Source: Oikopleura dioica (taxonomy: Eukaryota > Animalia > Chordata). From it: DNA of 64,000 nt. Shown in pieces: positions 1 through 13,105 of this stretch (position 1 is the first letter of the stretch; every line of letters starts with the position of its first letter). The stretch spans positions 10,664,001-10,728,000 of the forward strand of contig OU015569.1 in the NCBI GenBank assembly GCA_907165135.1, read 5' to 3'. The notes below the pieces were generated by a model. The model was not told the DNA's origin. It ran no database searches and saw nothing but the letters and a program-made list of their open reading frames with translations. A program made the position numbers and the translations under genes.

Positions 1-489
1 CAGACTGAATTGTATTAACATGCCTTGCCTCCCCTTCGGGTCGGCTCGGCTCCGTCTGAGTCTGAATTGTATAAACGGGCCTTGCCTCCCCTTCGGGTCG
101 GCTTGGCCCCGTCTCAGACTGAATTGTATAAACGGGCCTGGGCTCCCCTTCGGGTCGGCTTGGCCCCGTCTCAGACTGAATTGTATAAACGGGCCTGGCC
201 TCCCCTTCGGGTCGGCTTGGCCCCGTCTCAGACTGATTTGTATAAACGGGCCTGGCCTCCCTTTGGGTCGGCTTGGCCCCGTCTCAGACTGATTTGTATA
301 AACGGGCCTGGCCTCCCTTTGGGTCGGCTTGGCCCCGTCTCAGACTGAATTGTATAAACGGGCCTGGCCTCCCCTTCGGGTCGGCTTGGCCCCGTCTCAG
401 ACTGAATTGTATAAACGGGCCTGGCCTCCCCTTCGGGTCGGCTTGGCCCCGTCTCAGACTGAATTGTTATAACGGGCCTTGCCTCCCCT
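1..489. repeat. 57-bp tandem minisatellite, ~8.6 copies, truncated by window start
   Basis: Unit cagactgaattgtataaacgggcctggcctccccttcgggtcggcttggccccgtct starts at 1, 58, 115, 172, 229, 285, 341, 398, 455 (two units are 56 bp). It explains the repetitive ORFs at 20-491. Confidence 0.97.
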
Positions 490-588
490 AAAGATTCAAA
501 AAGAGTTGTTTAATATAATTTACATTTGATATAATAATATATATTTAATATATATATATTATATTAAATATATATTTGATATAATGTT

Positions 589-1170
589 TACATTTGATAT
601 ACATATTGAACCATTTTAAGCATATATTGGGCTTGAAACGGCTTGAACCGTCAGAAACCGCTTTTTACCACGAGACTTTCTCAGTGGTTTTGGCTTATTC
701 AATCATTCGACGAATGTTCTTAATACAAGATTCAAGTTGATATACATATTGATGCTATTTTGTTCATTTCTGGTCTTGAATAACTATGAACCACCATGAA
801 CCGCAAGAATAACCGGGCGGTTTAATTTCATAATGTGTTTTAAAGACTCGCTCTTGTAAATGAATACATTTGATAACCATATTGAACCATTATGAGCATG
901 TTTTTAGCTTGAACCGGCTTGAACCGTCTTGAACCGCCATTTACCGGGAGAGTTACCGGTTGGTTCGGGCTTATTTAATGATTTTATGAATGTACTTAAT
1001 ATAAGTTTCAATTTGATATACATATTGCTGCTATTTTGCTCATTTCTGCGCTTGAACCACCATGAACCACCATGAACCGCAAGAGTAACCAGGCGGTTGA
1101 ACTTCTGAATATGTTTAAAAGAATCGCTGTTGAAAATGAATTCATTTGATATACATATTTCCACATTTTG
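589..1170. repeat. Diverged higher-order tandem repeat, 276-bp period built from 143- and 133-bp subunits
   Basis: The G of the anchor ttgatatacatatt falls at 596, 739, 872, 1015, 1148 (spacings 143/133/143/133). Alternate subunits resemble each other more, and internal (t/c)gaacc motifs recur. Confidence 0.85.
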
Positions 1171-2202
1171 ACCTATTTCCGGGTATGAACCGCGACGAAC
1201 CGGAAGCACCACCGGCTGGTCAAAAAAATACCACGCCATTTTGTTCAGTGATTCATAAGCTTTAATTTGAGCTATAAAACATCATCATAGCATACTTATA
1301 TCAGAAGTTGATAATATTGGATTTTCGTATCTGGCCGCTTGCGTAAACTTTGGAGCTCTAGAATCATATGAAGGAAGCGCTCCGCAATAATAAATTTCAT
1401 ATGTATCGACGCGTCTTGCGCTTATCTTTCACATGGTAGGCATCAAATTATCAAAATCGATCTAGCACGCACTCAAAAGCCGCTTCTAATCAAACTAGTG
1501 CTTTTTTTCTTGCTAAAAATCCCCCAAAAAAAGAGGTAAGATGACTCATATCGAAAATTCTGCAAGTGCAGTTTTTCAAGGCTTGTCTTGATGCATATGT
1601 TCTGAAAGTATGGGGAGATTTTTCAAAAGAACCTGTGAAATAGAAAACACCGCGGTAAGCCTACAAATAGAAGATATACAACTATCTGCCCCTTGATTCT
1701 TTCGTCCTCATATATAAATCTGAATTGAAAAGGTCAGCTGCCGGGTTAAAAGAGGTTTTAAGCAGGCACAGTAAAAGCTGGAATTGACAGGTGGGTCTCT
1801 AGTGTAAAATCTCGAAAAAAGTCGGGAGTGGCCTTCCGGGACTCTCTGAAAATGCAGACTGACAAGTGCCAGGGAGAAAGTGGAAAGCGCACGAATCTCC
1901 GCGCGCGACTATTGGCTCGAATTTGACGCGTGGGCGGTCGTCCCGTCAGATGATTTTCCGGCGGTGGCGTCGACCCTAGCTGGTTAGGAACTCGAGCTCC
2001 TCGTGGATACCCTAGCCAGATAGAGCGAAAGGGGGTCAAACAAGGTCATCTGATCAGACCAAAGAACCTTCAACCAAAATGGCCGGTTACGTCATTTTGG
2101 AGCAACCGACAGAAAAATCTCGCGGTTATCTATTTTCCCTTCGCCCATTTTCTTTCAGTCAGAATTAGAAAAGTCGATTGGGATATTTTTTTGTAAGAGA
2201 AA

Positions 2203-4123
2203 ATGGGAGGTGACCGACAACGAAGTAGAGTTCAGGGGAATTATATGATGAATGACCGGGGCGAAGCTCGAAGGTTGGGGTTAGAATTTTTGGTGCAGAT
2301 TTTATTGTTTTGTCTGAACTTCGTCGATGCTATAGTTAAAATTAGATCTAATTCTAACCTCTGTCAGAAAGAAGCCTGAAAAATGGAAGCAAGGTCTAAA
2401 ACAACAAGAAGCTCCCAAAGCTCCAGCTTCGATTCCAGCGCCAAACTCGGACCACTGCCTCACTCAAGTGATCAAAAAGATCCTTCCGTCTCCGTCGGAC
2501 AAAATTGCAGTCTTCATTTTTCGCCGAGATCTTCGAATCTTCGACAACACGTCATTGATTGCTGCTGCTGCTGATGGCTTTAAAATTCTGCCTGTTTTTA
2601 TCTTTCCGCCAGAGCAAATCGAGGAGAAGGAAAATGAATATTTCTCGCATCCGTGTGTCCAGTTCATGTGCCAATCTTTGAGCCAAGTGCACAAGGAGTT
2701 GGAAAAGCTGTCCTCAAAGTTGCACTTCATCAAATTGTCGAACAAGGACGCCCTAACGGAGTTGAAGAAAGAAGTCAACTTTGAAGCAGTTTACTCGAAT
2801 GAAGACTACTCTTTCTACGCGGTTTCAAGAGACAACGAAGTCCGAAGCTGGTGCCGCGAAAATCGAGTCAAATTCGTCCAAAAGGAAGACTACGGGATGA
2901 TGAAACTTGACGAGAACTTGGACAAGTTCAAGCGACCGATTAGGACTCACGCCGCATTCATGCGCGGTTTTAGAGCGAATTATACAGTCAGGCGGCCGAC
3001 AGAAGTGCCTTGGACTGGAGCGAATTTTGCCAGCTATGATTTAAACTGCGAAATTCCAGAGGAGAAGATACACACCTTCTATCAGAACAACCCTAAACTC
3101 GCTGTTCGTCCAGGTAATAACAATGATGTTAATAACTGATTCAAACTTGATTTAGGCAGAACTGGGGGAATGGAAAATCTCAAATCCTTTGAAAAATTGG
3201 TCGATTACCGAGCAGTTCATAATATGCTCGACTTGGAAACATCACGAAGCTCTCCTCATACGAAATTCGGAACAGTTTCGGTGAGCATTTGAAATCAAAG
3301 ACATCCAGTTATAATTTGAAATTCACATTTTCAGGTCCGAGAGACATATTGGCGAGGATTCGACTTGTTTGGCGAAGACTTTCATGTTATCAGACAGCTG
3401 GGCTGGCGGGAAATGTACTTGAAAGTTTACGCGGCCCGGTAAGACTTACAGGAGCAAGTTTCGATTCAAATTCATGTTGAAATTTAGTCCTGAATGGCAA
3501 AAGGGACAGGCTATTCACAAAGTACTAGACGAACACGTCGACTGGAGCTACGATGAAGAGGTCTTCCAAAAATGGTGCCTGGGCGAGACAGGTTTTCCGA
3601 TCGTCGACGCTGGAATGCGAGAATTGAACGAGACGGGATTTCAGCACAACCGCGCGCGAATGAATTGTGCATCTATTCTGACCAAGATCTTGCTGATCGA
3701 CTGGCGATGGGGATACAAGTACTTTTATCAGAAACTGGTTGACTCTGACATTTTCAACAACACCGCTGGCTGGGGTGTGCTCAGTTCCACTGGCTTAGGT
3801 AAATTGCCACTCGGCGTCTATCTCTCTCATTCGCTATTTCAGGCCAAGGCTCGGCTGGACCCGACAATCCGCCGTACATCAACCCCTTCAACCCGTTCAT
3901 GCAGAGCCAGAAATTCGACCCGAACTGCGAATACATCAAAAAATGGGTGCCTGAGCTGGCTAACGTCCACGCCCGCGACATCCACAAATGGCAAGATCAA
4001 GCTGTCCGACGAAAGTACCCTAACTGTAAATACCCCGCTCCAATCGTCAACTACAGTCAGGCGGCACAGCGCTGCCACGACATTTTTACCAAAGCTGCCA
4101 GCATTGCAAAGTCTGTAAAATAA
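2203..4123 (+). CDS. DNA photolyase/cryptochrome family protein, class I CPD photolyase-like; 6 exons
   Basis: Motifs FIFRRDLRIFDNTSL, TSRSSPHTKFG, QLGWREMY, GETGFPIVDAGMRELNETGFQHNRARM, IDWRWG, KFDPNCEYIKKWVPEL. GT-AG introns at 2274-2367, 3114-3155, 3281-3334, 3439-3487 and ~3799-3842 keep the frame open. Confidence 0.9.
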
Positions 4124-4405
4124 ATCTCGTAAGCAATTTAAATAGGCAAAATTGGTTTTTATTTGAAAGTCTATCTAAGATTTAACGCTTCATAGAAATT
4201 TCAGTAATCTTCGTCGTCAGATGGCAGAAAAGTTTTCGAACTTTTTAAAACTGAACCTGACCCTTCGGGGCCTTCAGCAGCCACTGTAGTTTCTGGGCTT
4301 TGCTTCTTCGCAAAAATTGTTCTGTTTGAGTTACTGATAAGGGATCCCTCCGCGACTTTTTCGATCAGTTTTTGGTTCGATCACTTTTTGAGAATCTAAT
4401 TTGAT

Positions 4406-5060
4406 CTAATTTTTACTAATCGCAGAGGGGTCCCTTAGCGGTATGACGGTACAATCTTCTAGTATCTTACAGTATTCCTGTTCCGCATCAAGAACAAAAA
4501 AGGAACACCAATCGGACTGGTCGCAGAGTTTCGGACACTTTTCGAAGTTGTCTGGAATCTGATATTTTCCACCGCTACTCGTACAACTCGCCGAGAGTGA
4601 GTGAACTTCGAAAAGAGGATGTTCAATCGGCGAAAGTTGATCCGTCATGTTCTTGCTGCATGCAGTACAGCACGAGCATAAGAGCTGGCCTAACGAGGAA
4701 TCCCAGAACCACTTCGTTCTGAACGTCGTAGTTGAACCTGTTTTAACTGTTCCGTACTCACTCGCTAGGGGTTGGTGTTTTTCCTGTCTTCAGATTCTGC
4801 GGCTGATCCTTTCGATGAACTCTTTAAATATTTCAAGGTGGAAATCTCCTGTTATTCTAGTTTGGAATTGGCGGAAGACCACTGCCACACCTACTAAATT
4901 TAAGTTCCTTTCCTGCGGTTCCGATTTTCCGACGATTTTGACGATGATCCATGGCGTTGAGAAAACGAGCGTACCGATCAAAAACGGCACTTTTCAGAAG
5001 AAGTTGACACAAGCGCGCGTTACTTTTTCTCTCAAGTCTCTTATGCAAATATTTCCGGGC
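4406..5060 (-). CDS. Unknown spliced protein with a hydrophobic segment and a PAN/apple-like Cys pattern; boundaries uncertain
   Basis: CPKLCDQSDWCSFFVLDAEQEYCKILEDC; a 43-nt gtgag...ttcag intron joins upstream Cys-rich coding sequence; segment PFLIGTLVFSTPWIIV. The 5' exons are not resolved. Confidence 0.35.
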
Positions 5061-5675
5061 AACTTTCCTAAAAAGGCCACCAAGTAGCCGAAAAACACCG
5101 CATCTCCTCTACACTCGATCTTCTTTCTCCTGTCGGGCTCCTCCAGATCGAGCTAAAATTCAACAGCTCAAAACATGACTTTGCTCGATGCTTCACCTTG
5201 CCGATGGTATAAGACATTAGCTCTCTTTCTTTCTTCAAAATGCAAGGTCGGTCACAAACGATTGCGCGCGTGTTTGATCAGTCGAAGGAGTAAGTTCTAT
5301 TTGGAGAAGCCAAGATTTGCGCTGACATGTGAATATTTTAACCGAAAATTAATTTTTCAGCATGGGGCTCAAACCGTCCATCATGTGCCCTGCTATATTC
5401 TAGAGCACATACACTCCAACCAGTCAGAATACACGCAAATCCTTTTGCGGTACTCAACATGTGGCCACGCCTGCCAAGAGAACACTGGCAAATTTGTCAT
5501 CACAACTTTAAATACAAGAGGGTAGACAAATTGTCTAGTAGACATCAGTATTAGGATTTTCAAGCGAACTTTTTCCCTGAACATATCCTAGTGGCCGCAT
5601 TTTTATTATGAAAACAAGTCAATTATTTCTTAAATGATTGAAGGTTTATTTATTCGTGGACAGTGGAAATTTTAA

Positions 5676-8056
5676 TCAATGACTTTTGAGCTTGTGGAAG
5701 TGACTTGGCTCTCGAGAATCCATTAGGTTCTCCAGACTGACGATTTCGTCTTCGCTAAATTCAATAATGAAACAGCTGCAATTCAGATTCTAGCTTACTT
5801 GATGACAATAAGTGAAATCTCCCGCACCGCTCTGAATTCACCACAATTGTTGAGGTGCTCGTTTTCCAGCCGGAAGAAGTTCCAGATGAATCTCCTTATT
5901 AGCTCGATAAACGCGAACAAGGACTGCCACACTTGTGCTAATTGGGAGCTGCTTAAAGTGCTGCTAATTATGCTTGTGCCAAGGAAATATTTCGCGATCC
6001 AGGCAAATCGGAGAACAGCGTCTTGAATTATTGCCACGTAGTAGATCCAATTTGTCTCTCCGTGGCCGTAGATAAGTTCGTCCCGGAGAATCTGTTTCTA
6101 AAAAAATCCTCTTTGATTCCTTTATTTGATGTTTTTTTTACCTTTTGGAAGTTTAACAGGCCCCAATCCATACGCAAATCCCAAAAGAGCGTAAAAACCG
6201 AAGCAATGATATTCGCTAGGATCCAAAAAGCAAACGAACTGCTGCTTTTACCACTGTATGCGTATGCATAAGCAAGGGCAACTTTTAGGAAAGAGGTTGA
6301 ATACTTGGCAGCGTTTTGGAGATGATGAGCGCGACGCTTGGGACTGTCAATGGCTCGACGAATGCATTGGGCGAAACGGATGTAGGCTGGTAAGACCCAG
6401 AAGATGAAGCGGAAACCGTAGTCGATGCTGCTGGGTGAACAGACTTCGATTACACTTTCTGCTTCAGAACGAGGCTGCAAAGTTGTATTGACGAAACTAG
6501 CGGGGTCGTTTATGTCATCACTGTCGATTCTGATCGCTGATTCATTGACGACTTAAATTTCTACTTGTTTCGCTCTACTATAAAGAAAATTACCTGATGG
6601 AGTTGGAATGAAATTTAAAGGAATCTTATTCGTAGAAATAAGACATAAAGTCTGCTCGAAATCAAGGAAGACTTGACCTAGGGAGTTGAGTTGATCCGCA
6701 AACCAGAAATCGACGAATGCAACAGGGATGAAGCCAGCTTTGAGTTCACGAATTAAAAGTTTCCAAAAGAATTTTTGTGTCGTCCAAAGTTCGGTGCCTT
6801 TCGAAGGGAAGAACGCGAACAGAATGAAGAGGATGTCAAGCGTTATCGGGATGTAGTTGACGTAAGGTCGGTAAGAAATTGCGATGATGTTGGAGGAAAG
6901 GACGAGGTAAATCCAGAGAAAAATGAGCCAGAGGAGGAGGAGGCCAGTGCCAACACAGCCCATTTGGACGGCAGTGAGACGATCACGCGGATTGATTTCG
7001 AAAATGAGGATATTGTTGACCCCAGCACGGGCCCATCCATACATGTTAAGCGAGAAGAAAATAATGAACAGCGCAATAAGTAGTGTCGGACGAAAGAGTA
7101 CGATGGTCGTGGCTAGGTTCTTGTCGACGTCGAATTCAGCATTATTCAAGTAGAAAATGCCGATAATCGCAAGTAGGAACATCAGACAAGTGCCAAAAAG
7201 AACTCCGAATATCAGAAGATAATGATTTGTCTTTCCTTCGACAATGTCTGTTATTGGCGGTACTCGAAGTCTGCCCTAGATTCTCCCTCGGTTATCTACG
7301 ATAAAAAATGATAGCTTAGCAATAGAATTTATATTATATAAAGCTATGGTTGAATCTTTTCCTGTTCATGGCCTTTTTAGTGTCTCCATCTTCCAAGGTC
7401 GTCATTAGTGACTCTAGCTCTCTGACAATATTCAGTGTCAGGGATCGAATATTAAATCTGAAAGATGAGCTCTAGAAAATCAGAATCTATTTTACTCTCT
7501 AGTAGAGAGTCTCTACCTGGAGTTCTTGATTATATTCATAAAAATAGCTCCATCTTCGCTTTCCATGATTTTGTCGTGCTTCTTGTTGATTTTTCGGAAG
7601 GCGGTGAAGTTGAGTTCTTGATATGCCTGTAGTTTTTTGACGAATAAATAAAATTCGCATATTGCTTCTTTCAGTCGTTTCTGTTCCTTCTTTGCGTGCA
7701 TCTGTATCTCCTCGACATTTCTGCTGATATCCGCTAGATGTCTATTTGCATAACTAATCTAATAAAAAAAATAAGCGAGATGGAATAAAAATCAAATGCT
7801 TTCCTACTTTTTCATTAAAAAATAAGTTGACTTTCGTCTCTTCTTTTTCCTGTTCGTCAAAAAACTGCTCCGAAAGCTTCATTTTTTCTCTCTGAATAAA
7901 GTCCGTCGAAATCATCGACTTCATGATTCTGAACTTGACTTCGTTCTCTTTGCCATCATTCAGTCTCGTGATTATTTCCTTGAGCTTGACGTAGTCGACA
8001 TATTCCGATCTCCACTCAGAGGTGAGTTTAGTTGCGAGTTCTTGGGCGAACTTCAT
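5676..8056 (-). CDS. XPR1: Phosphate exporter XPR1/SYG1 (SPX + EXS domains)
   Basis: N-terminus [25 protein letters not shown] lysine cluster [59 protein letters not shown]. One GA-AG intron (7271-7361). Confidence 0.95.
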
Positions 8057-8597
8057 CCTCGCCAATAAAATTAAATCTTGGCTTTGTTGGGTGACTCGAT
8101 TTCTTCAGCGAGAATTAGCGCGTTCTCGATTGACTGGTAAATTTAACTTGGAAAAAAAGCTGAATGTTCTCTTAAATATGGGATGGGTGTCGGTTTCCGG
8201 TCAGGTTCCCTCTGGCGTCTATACACACACCGCCATTTTGTGTTTGGAGTCCTTCTGATTGAGGTCAGGCGATGGATGATTCTCTGATTTGTTTTATTGG
8301 ATGATGTCTTCCCGGTGAGACAATTAAGAATCAAATCTCATAAACTTATCAAAGCCTGAAGTCCTGCAATACTAGATCTGATCGCCTTCGTGATAAGAAA
8401 AATCCTAATTAGCTTTTGGAAGAGCAAACAACTGGAAAATTGGATATTTAAGCTTTTAAAATAATTGCTTCCTGCCCCGCCCAGCATTTCATAATTCGCA
8501 TAAAAATAGTAAAGTTCAATATTAATGGCAAATATCTCTAATTTTATTAAATTTTACAAGATTCTATTTTGTTGTTTTTTACGGATTGTTTGTTTAT

Positions 8598-11044
8598 TCA
8601 GTTTGACTTTTCCGCGATTGTTTTCTTTATTTCTTCGACGGAAATTGGGTTGACTAATGTGGACGTGTCACCTAGTTCTTCGCTCTCGACGGCCAGAGAT
8701 CTGAGAATTCTGCGCATGAGCTTGCCCGATCGCGTGACCGGAAGCGCTTGCACCAGATAAATTGCACTAAATTGACGCAGGATTTTACGAGTTGAAAACA
8801 TGGGCGTTTCTGTACCTTGGGACGGCGAATTTTGCAATTTGCAGGGATATATCTGCGGTTAAAGCTTCCCTCAGTTTACTCTCACTTGAACTATTCATTT
8901 TGGTGTCGAGTGGTACGACAAAAGCGACTGTAGTTTCGCCTTTGATTTCGTGTGGAATGGAAATAACAGCGCCTTTATGCAAATTAAATGTTTCCATTCA
9001 AAAATATTTCGATTTTCCTACCTTCGGAGACATTTTTGTTTGACAGAACAACTTCTTCAATTTCCTTCGTCGAGATCCGGTGCCCAGCAATGTTGATGAT
9101 ATCATCAACTCTGCCAGTAATTTGCAATCGGCCTTTCGAATCTCGAATAGCCGCGTCGCCAGTTTCGTACATTCCCGGATATCGCTTGAAATATGATTTG
9201 ATGAAGCGCTCCTCATCCTTGTAGATGGCTCTTGCCATTCCAGGCACAGGGTGGCGAATGCAGAGATCGCCCTTTTTCTCATTCGCGGAGATTTCCTTCC
9301 CTTGTTCATCGACAAGGACAGGATCAACACCGTAGAATCCTCGGGTGCATTTGCTTGGGGCTAGTGTTTCCCCGACAGGACCTGGCGAAGGCGTGAGCAT
9401 GCAGTTGCCGGTTTCTGTTTGCCACCAGCAATCAATTACAGTAGCTTTTCCCTCGCCGACAACATCGTGTAGCCACCACCAAGCGGCTTCATTGCACATT
9501 TCTCCAGCAACCATGATCGTTTTGAGACTGCTTCTGTCGTACTTTTCCACCCATTCATTTCCCGACTGCATAAGCATTCGGTAAGCAGTCGGCGCGGAAA
9601 AGAACTGGTTGATTTTATACTTTTCCACCATGCTCCAATATCGCCCTGGATCAGGAAATGTCGGCAAGGACTCGAAAAGAAGTTCAGTCCCGCCTGATAC
9701 AAGATTGCCATAGATTGAGATTCCGTGGCCGACGGCCCAGCCAATGTCGGCCATGCAGCCGAAAATGTCGCCCTCTTTCCACTGGTAAGCGTGCTTATGA
9801 GCGAGAGCGCAGTGAGCTAGGTATCCTCCCGTTGTGTGAACCAGCCCCTTTGGCTTTCCCGTGCTGCCGGAAGTGTACAAGTAATAAAGGGGGTGCTCGG
9901 CATTGACGATTTCAGGTTCACATGTTGAGTTGGAAAATCTTAAATTTGATTTCTTTCCATTTTAAACGTAAACCTTCCCGATCCGATGAATTTAATGAAA
10001 AAAAAATCCGTTCCTTATTGCATCATCCATGTCAACATCAATTTTATTTTTAAGAAAGGCTCCAGTTTTCTTTCCAATGCGATTGAAAACAAAGCATTTT
10101 TCCAGCCCGGGACAGTTTTGAATGGCACTGTCGGCGATCTCCTTCAGCGGCACTGTTTTTCCTCCTCGCATGCTGCCGTCCATTGTAATCAAAACTTTCG
10201 CTCCGCAGTCGTTGATTCTGTCTGCTAAAGCATCAGCTGAGAAGCCGGCAAAGACGACTGCGTGTGGAGCACCGATTCTTGCGCAGGAAATCATCACTGC
10301 TGCCGCCTGGATTTTTAAGTTCTCATTCCCACGCCGGAAAGTAGCTATTTTTCACCTGAATACAAGATGGGAGGTAGATGGAAACAGCGTCGCCCTTTTG
10401 AACACCTGCGTCTTTCAACACATTCGCGATCTTGTTGACCAAAGTCAGAAGCTCTCCATAGGAAATTCGCTCCACTTGATCGGGATCATCCCCTTCCCAA
10501 ATAAAAGCCGTCCTTTCTGGATCCTCTTGGGCATGTCTGTCGACGCAGTTCACTTTTCACGTGGCTTAGGAAGAATGCAGAGGAGAATAGAACTTATTCC
10601 GACTTTGACCAGTACCTGAAGCATTTAGTTCTCCATCTGGAAACCATGAGATTCTTCCTTCTGAAAAATTCGAGTTCCCAGCAATCGTGAACGGTTTCTC
10701 CCACGAAAGGGAAGATCTTTCATCTGGGCTCCTTTTCATGAAGCTCAATAAACGTACGCATCAATGGAAAAGCCCTGTCCTTGCTACAGTTGCCCAAAAC
10801 TCTTCGTGGTTGCTTATCGAGTAGTTGTAAATATCCTCATACGATTGAAGATGAGAAAACTCTGGAAATTCCTTCAAATGGCTTCAAAATTTTGCGCAAA
10901 CGTTAAATCGTTTATCGGTAATAAATCATTAACTTCAAACGCATAAAAGTTGATGCTACTGGTAAAATTATTATTGAGCCATAAATAAACTGGAGGTTTG
11001 GCAGATAGACGCCTGAGCTGCGCAGCAAGTCTCTGTCGGCTCAT
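8598..11044 (-). CDS. ACSS1: AMP-forming short-chain acyl-CoA synthetase, ACSS1-like, with a putative mitochondrial presequence
   Basis: [40 protein letters not shown]; [16 protein letters not shown] resembles ACSS1; N-terminus [14 protein letters not shown] is Arg-rich with no acidic residues. The family call is firm; ACSS1 orthology is less so. Confidence 0.85.
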
Positions 11045-11488
11045 TTACTGAAGACGAAAAAACAACGTGTTGAATTTATTTTATAAGTTAAATAAAGCGC
11101 CTTTTCCCCGGGTAACCCCTTTACGGACTCGTGTGATTGGCTGAAATCTCGCTACAGCTCATAACCGAGCATTAAATTTCAGTCCATTTTTATAAAGATT
11201 ACGTAACATTCAATTCTAGCATAAAATAATCAAACTAGAATGAAATTGTTATGACGACTCTCTCGAAAAATATGCATTTTGAAAATAATTATTAGGCAAC
11301 TATCTTTTCCCGCAAAAACTTTCAACAATCAATTTGCAGGTTTTAACTTTTAGTCGAAACATACAGTAAGACATTCATTTTTCTAACCATTAGTCAAGTT
11401 ACAGTGTATTTTATTGGTGTGTTACAGTGATGTTGTCGTTGTGTGTGAGTGATGAGTTTATTTCTAGTAGCTGAAAAGAATGTTCGTT

Positions 11489-12678
11489 TTACATCGCGGA
11501 GGAAATGTCGAACTTGCAGATCGGACATTCTTTGCTCTTCTTCAGCCATGGATCGATGCAGCCTTTGTGCAGCACGTGTAGACATGGAAGACGTCGAACA
11601 GTGTTGTCGGTCGACATTTCGTCCATGCAAACTGGACAGGTGTCGCCTGCGAGTGTCTCGTCCAGCGACTGGGACGGAAGGCGCTTGATCTGGTCTTGAC
11701 GAAGTCCGATGCTACTGTCATTTGTTGGAATAAATAAAATGACTGTCCACGTACTTGTGACTCGAAACAGTTGCAGAACAAGCGCCGCTATTCGAAGTGA
11801 CGGAAGGAGGAAGTAATCTATTTGATGCCAAATTATGTTGATGTCTACGAGGAGCGCTGGGGAAAGGCTCGATTCGACGCTCAGCAGCGTTCCGACGGAA
11901 TATCCTCACCGAGGGACCCTGGAAAATCTTGATTTTCGATCCTTATTTTTTAATTTACCTGTCGAGATGTTCCGGGAGTCGCTGTCTGAAGCGCTGCTTG
12001 ACGAAGCCCGATACTAGTGTGATTTTTTTAGAATATAAAAAGTGGCTATACACGTACTTGTTATCTTGAGGATCACTTTGACGATCTGTGCGGCTAGTAC
12101 TTGGGCGTGTATCGTGTTCTACCGGCTCTTGCATCATTCGCCGGTTCATGGCATTTATCCGTTGGATTGGCCTTCTCCGTTCCCAGGCCCTGGCTTCCAA
12201 ATTCTCTATCTGTGCGTTGGACGCATCAGATTCCGCTGCCGTATTGTGACTTATGTCCGTCGACTCGTCCTCGTCTTCTTCATCGTCGCTTCCTGTCAAA
12301 TCAATAACGCCCTCATCTGAAAAGGAAGTTATTTCAGATTATAACATTTTCAAGTAGACTTTGCTTACTTATTACTGAATACTTACTTATCGGCGGCAAC
12401 TCCGTGGTAATTCGAGTGTTCCCTCCAAAACCGGTCCTTGACGAACTTTGAGCCTGGCCTGGATTTTCAGAATTCTGAAGTTGTCGGGCGAGGGCCTCAT
12501 CCCTTTCGTACTGCTCGACTAGACGAATCGCATCTTTACGGGGTAATTAATTTCATAGAAGATTATTTTACAAAGAAACTAAATAATTAAACAAAAGCAT
12601 AAATATAATATAAAACTTATTGATAAAATTCTAGTTCTAATCCCTTCCAATTGTCGAATTGAATAAGCTCTGACTCAT
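11489..12678 (-). CDS. RING-H2 E3 ubiquitin ligase with a C-terminal RING; start tentative
   Basis: CPVC...LPCLHVLHKGCIDPWLKKSKECPIC, then stop at 11489-11491. Upstream exons include DEALARQLQ and an acidic tract. Confidence 0.8.
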
Positions 12679-13105
12679 CTCTCAAAATTCTCCGCTGAAA
12701 AGGAGAAAATCCTGTCTTCTGAAAAAACTGCAGGAAAGTGGACTGATTTACGAAATGGGAGCGCCAACCCACTTCATTTTCAGGCGCACTTTTCTGATTT
12801 CCACGCAGATTGCAATATTGTTGTTTTCAACTCTAACGTATTTCAGCGCATTTGCGGAACAATCCAAGTTTTAAAACAAAATGCTTCAACAATGCCTATG
12901 AATAACATTATTTGCTTCATAAATTGTTTCATAAAGAGTTTATTCATTTGAACTTGGGACGATTTCGAGAAAACACCAGTAAGATTCCGGTTGTACAAAA
13001 ATGTTGAGCAGGATTGAAAAAAGTATCTTGACACATAAAAATCATTCATTTTAGCGTCATGCACGCGAGGTTGTTAATGTTTTCAGGTAGGAGTTCTTCG
13101 GAACG

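Noticed and set aside
1-489. CRISPR array, coding repeat or satellite hammerhead ribozyme
   Set aside because: There are no unique spacers, the 56-bp units break the reading frame, and no CUGANGA/GAAA core appears on either strand.
1240-1660. Possible degenerate transposon with palindromic modules
   Set aside because: I could not find TIRs or a TSD.
1970-2040. Nested stems (gaccct/gggggtc, ctggttagg/cctagccag) as a hammerhead ribozyme
   Set aside because: GAAA is present but the CUGANGA core is missing; it may be chance folding of a GC-rich promoter.
5175-5600. Plus-strand spliced gene
   Set aside because: Splice-like signals exist, but no convincing frame or homology could be assembled.
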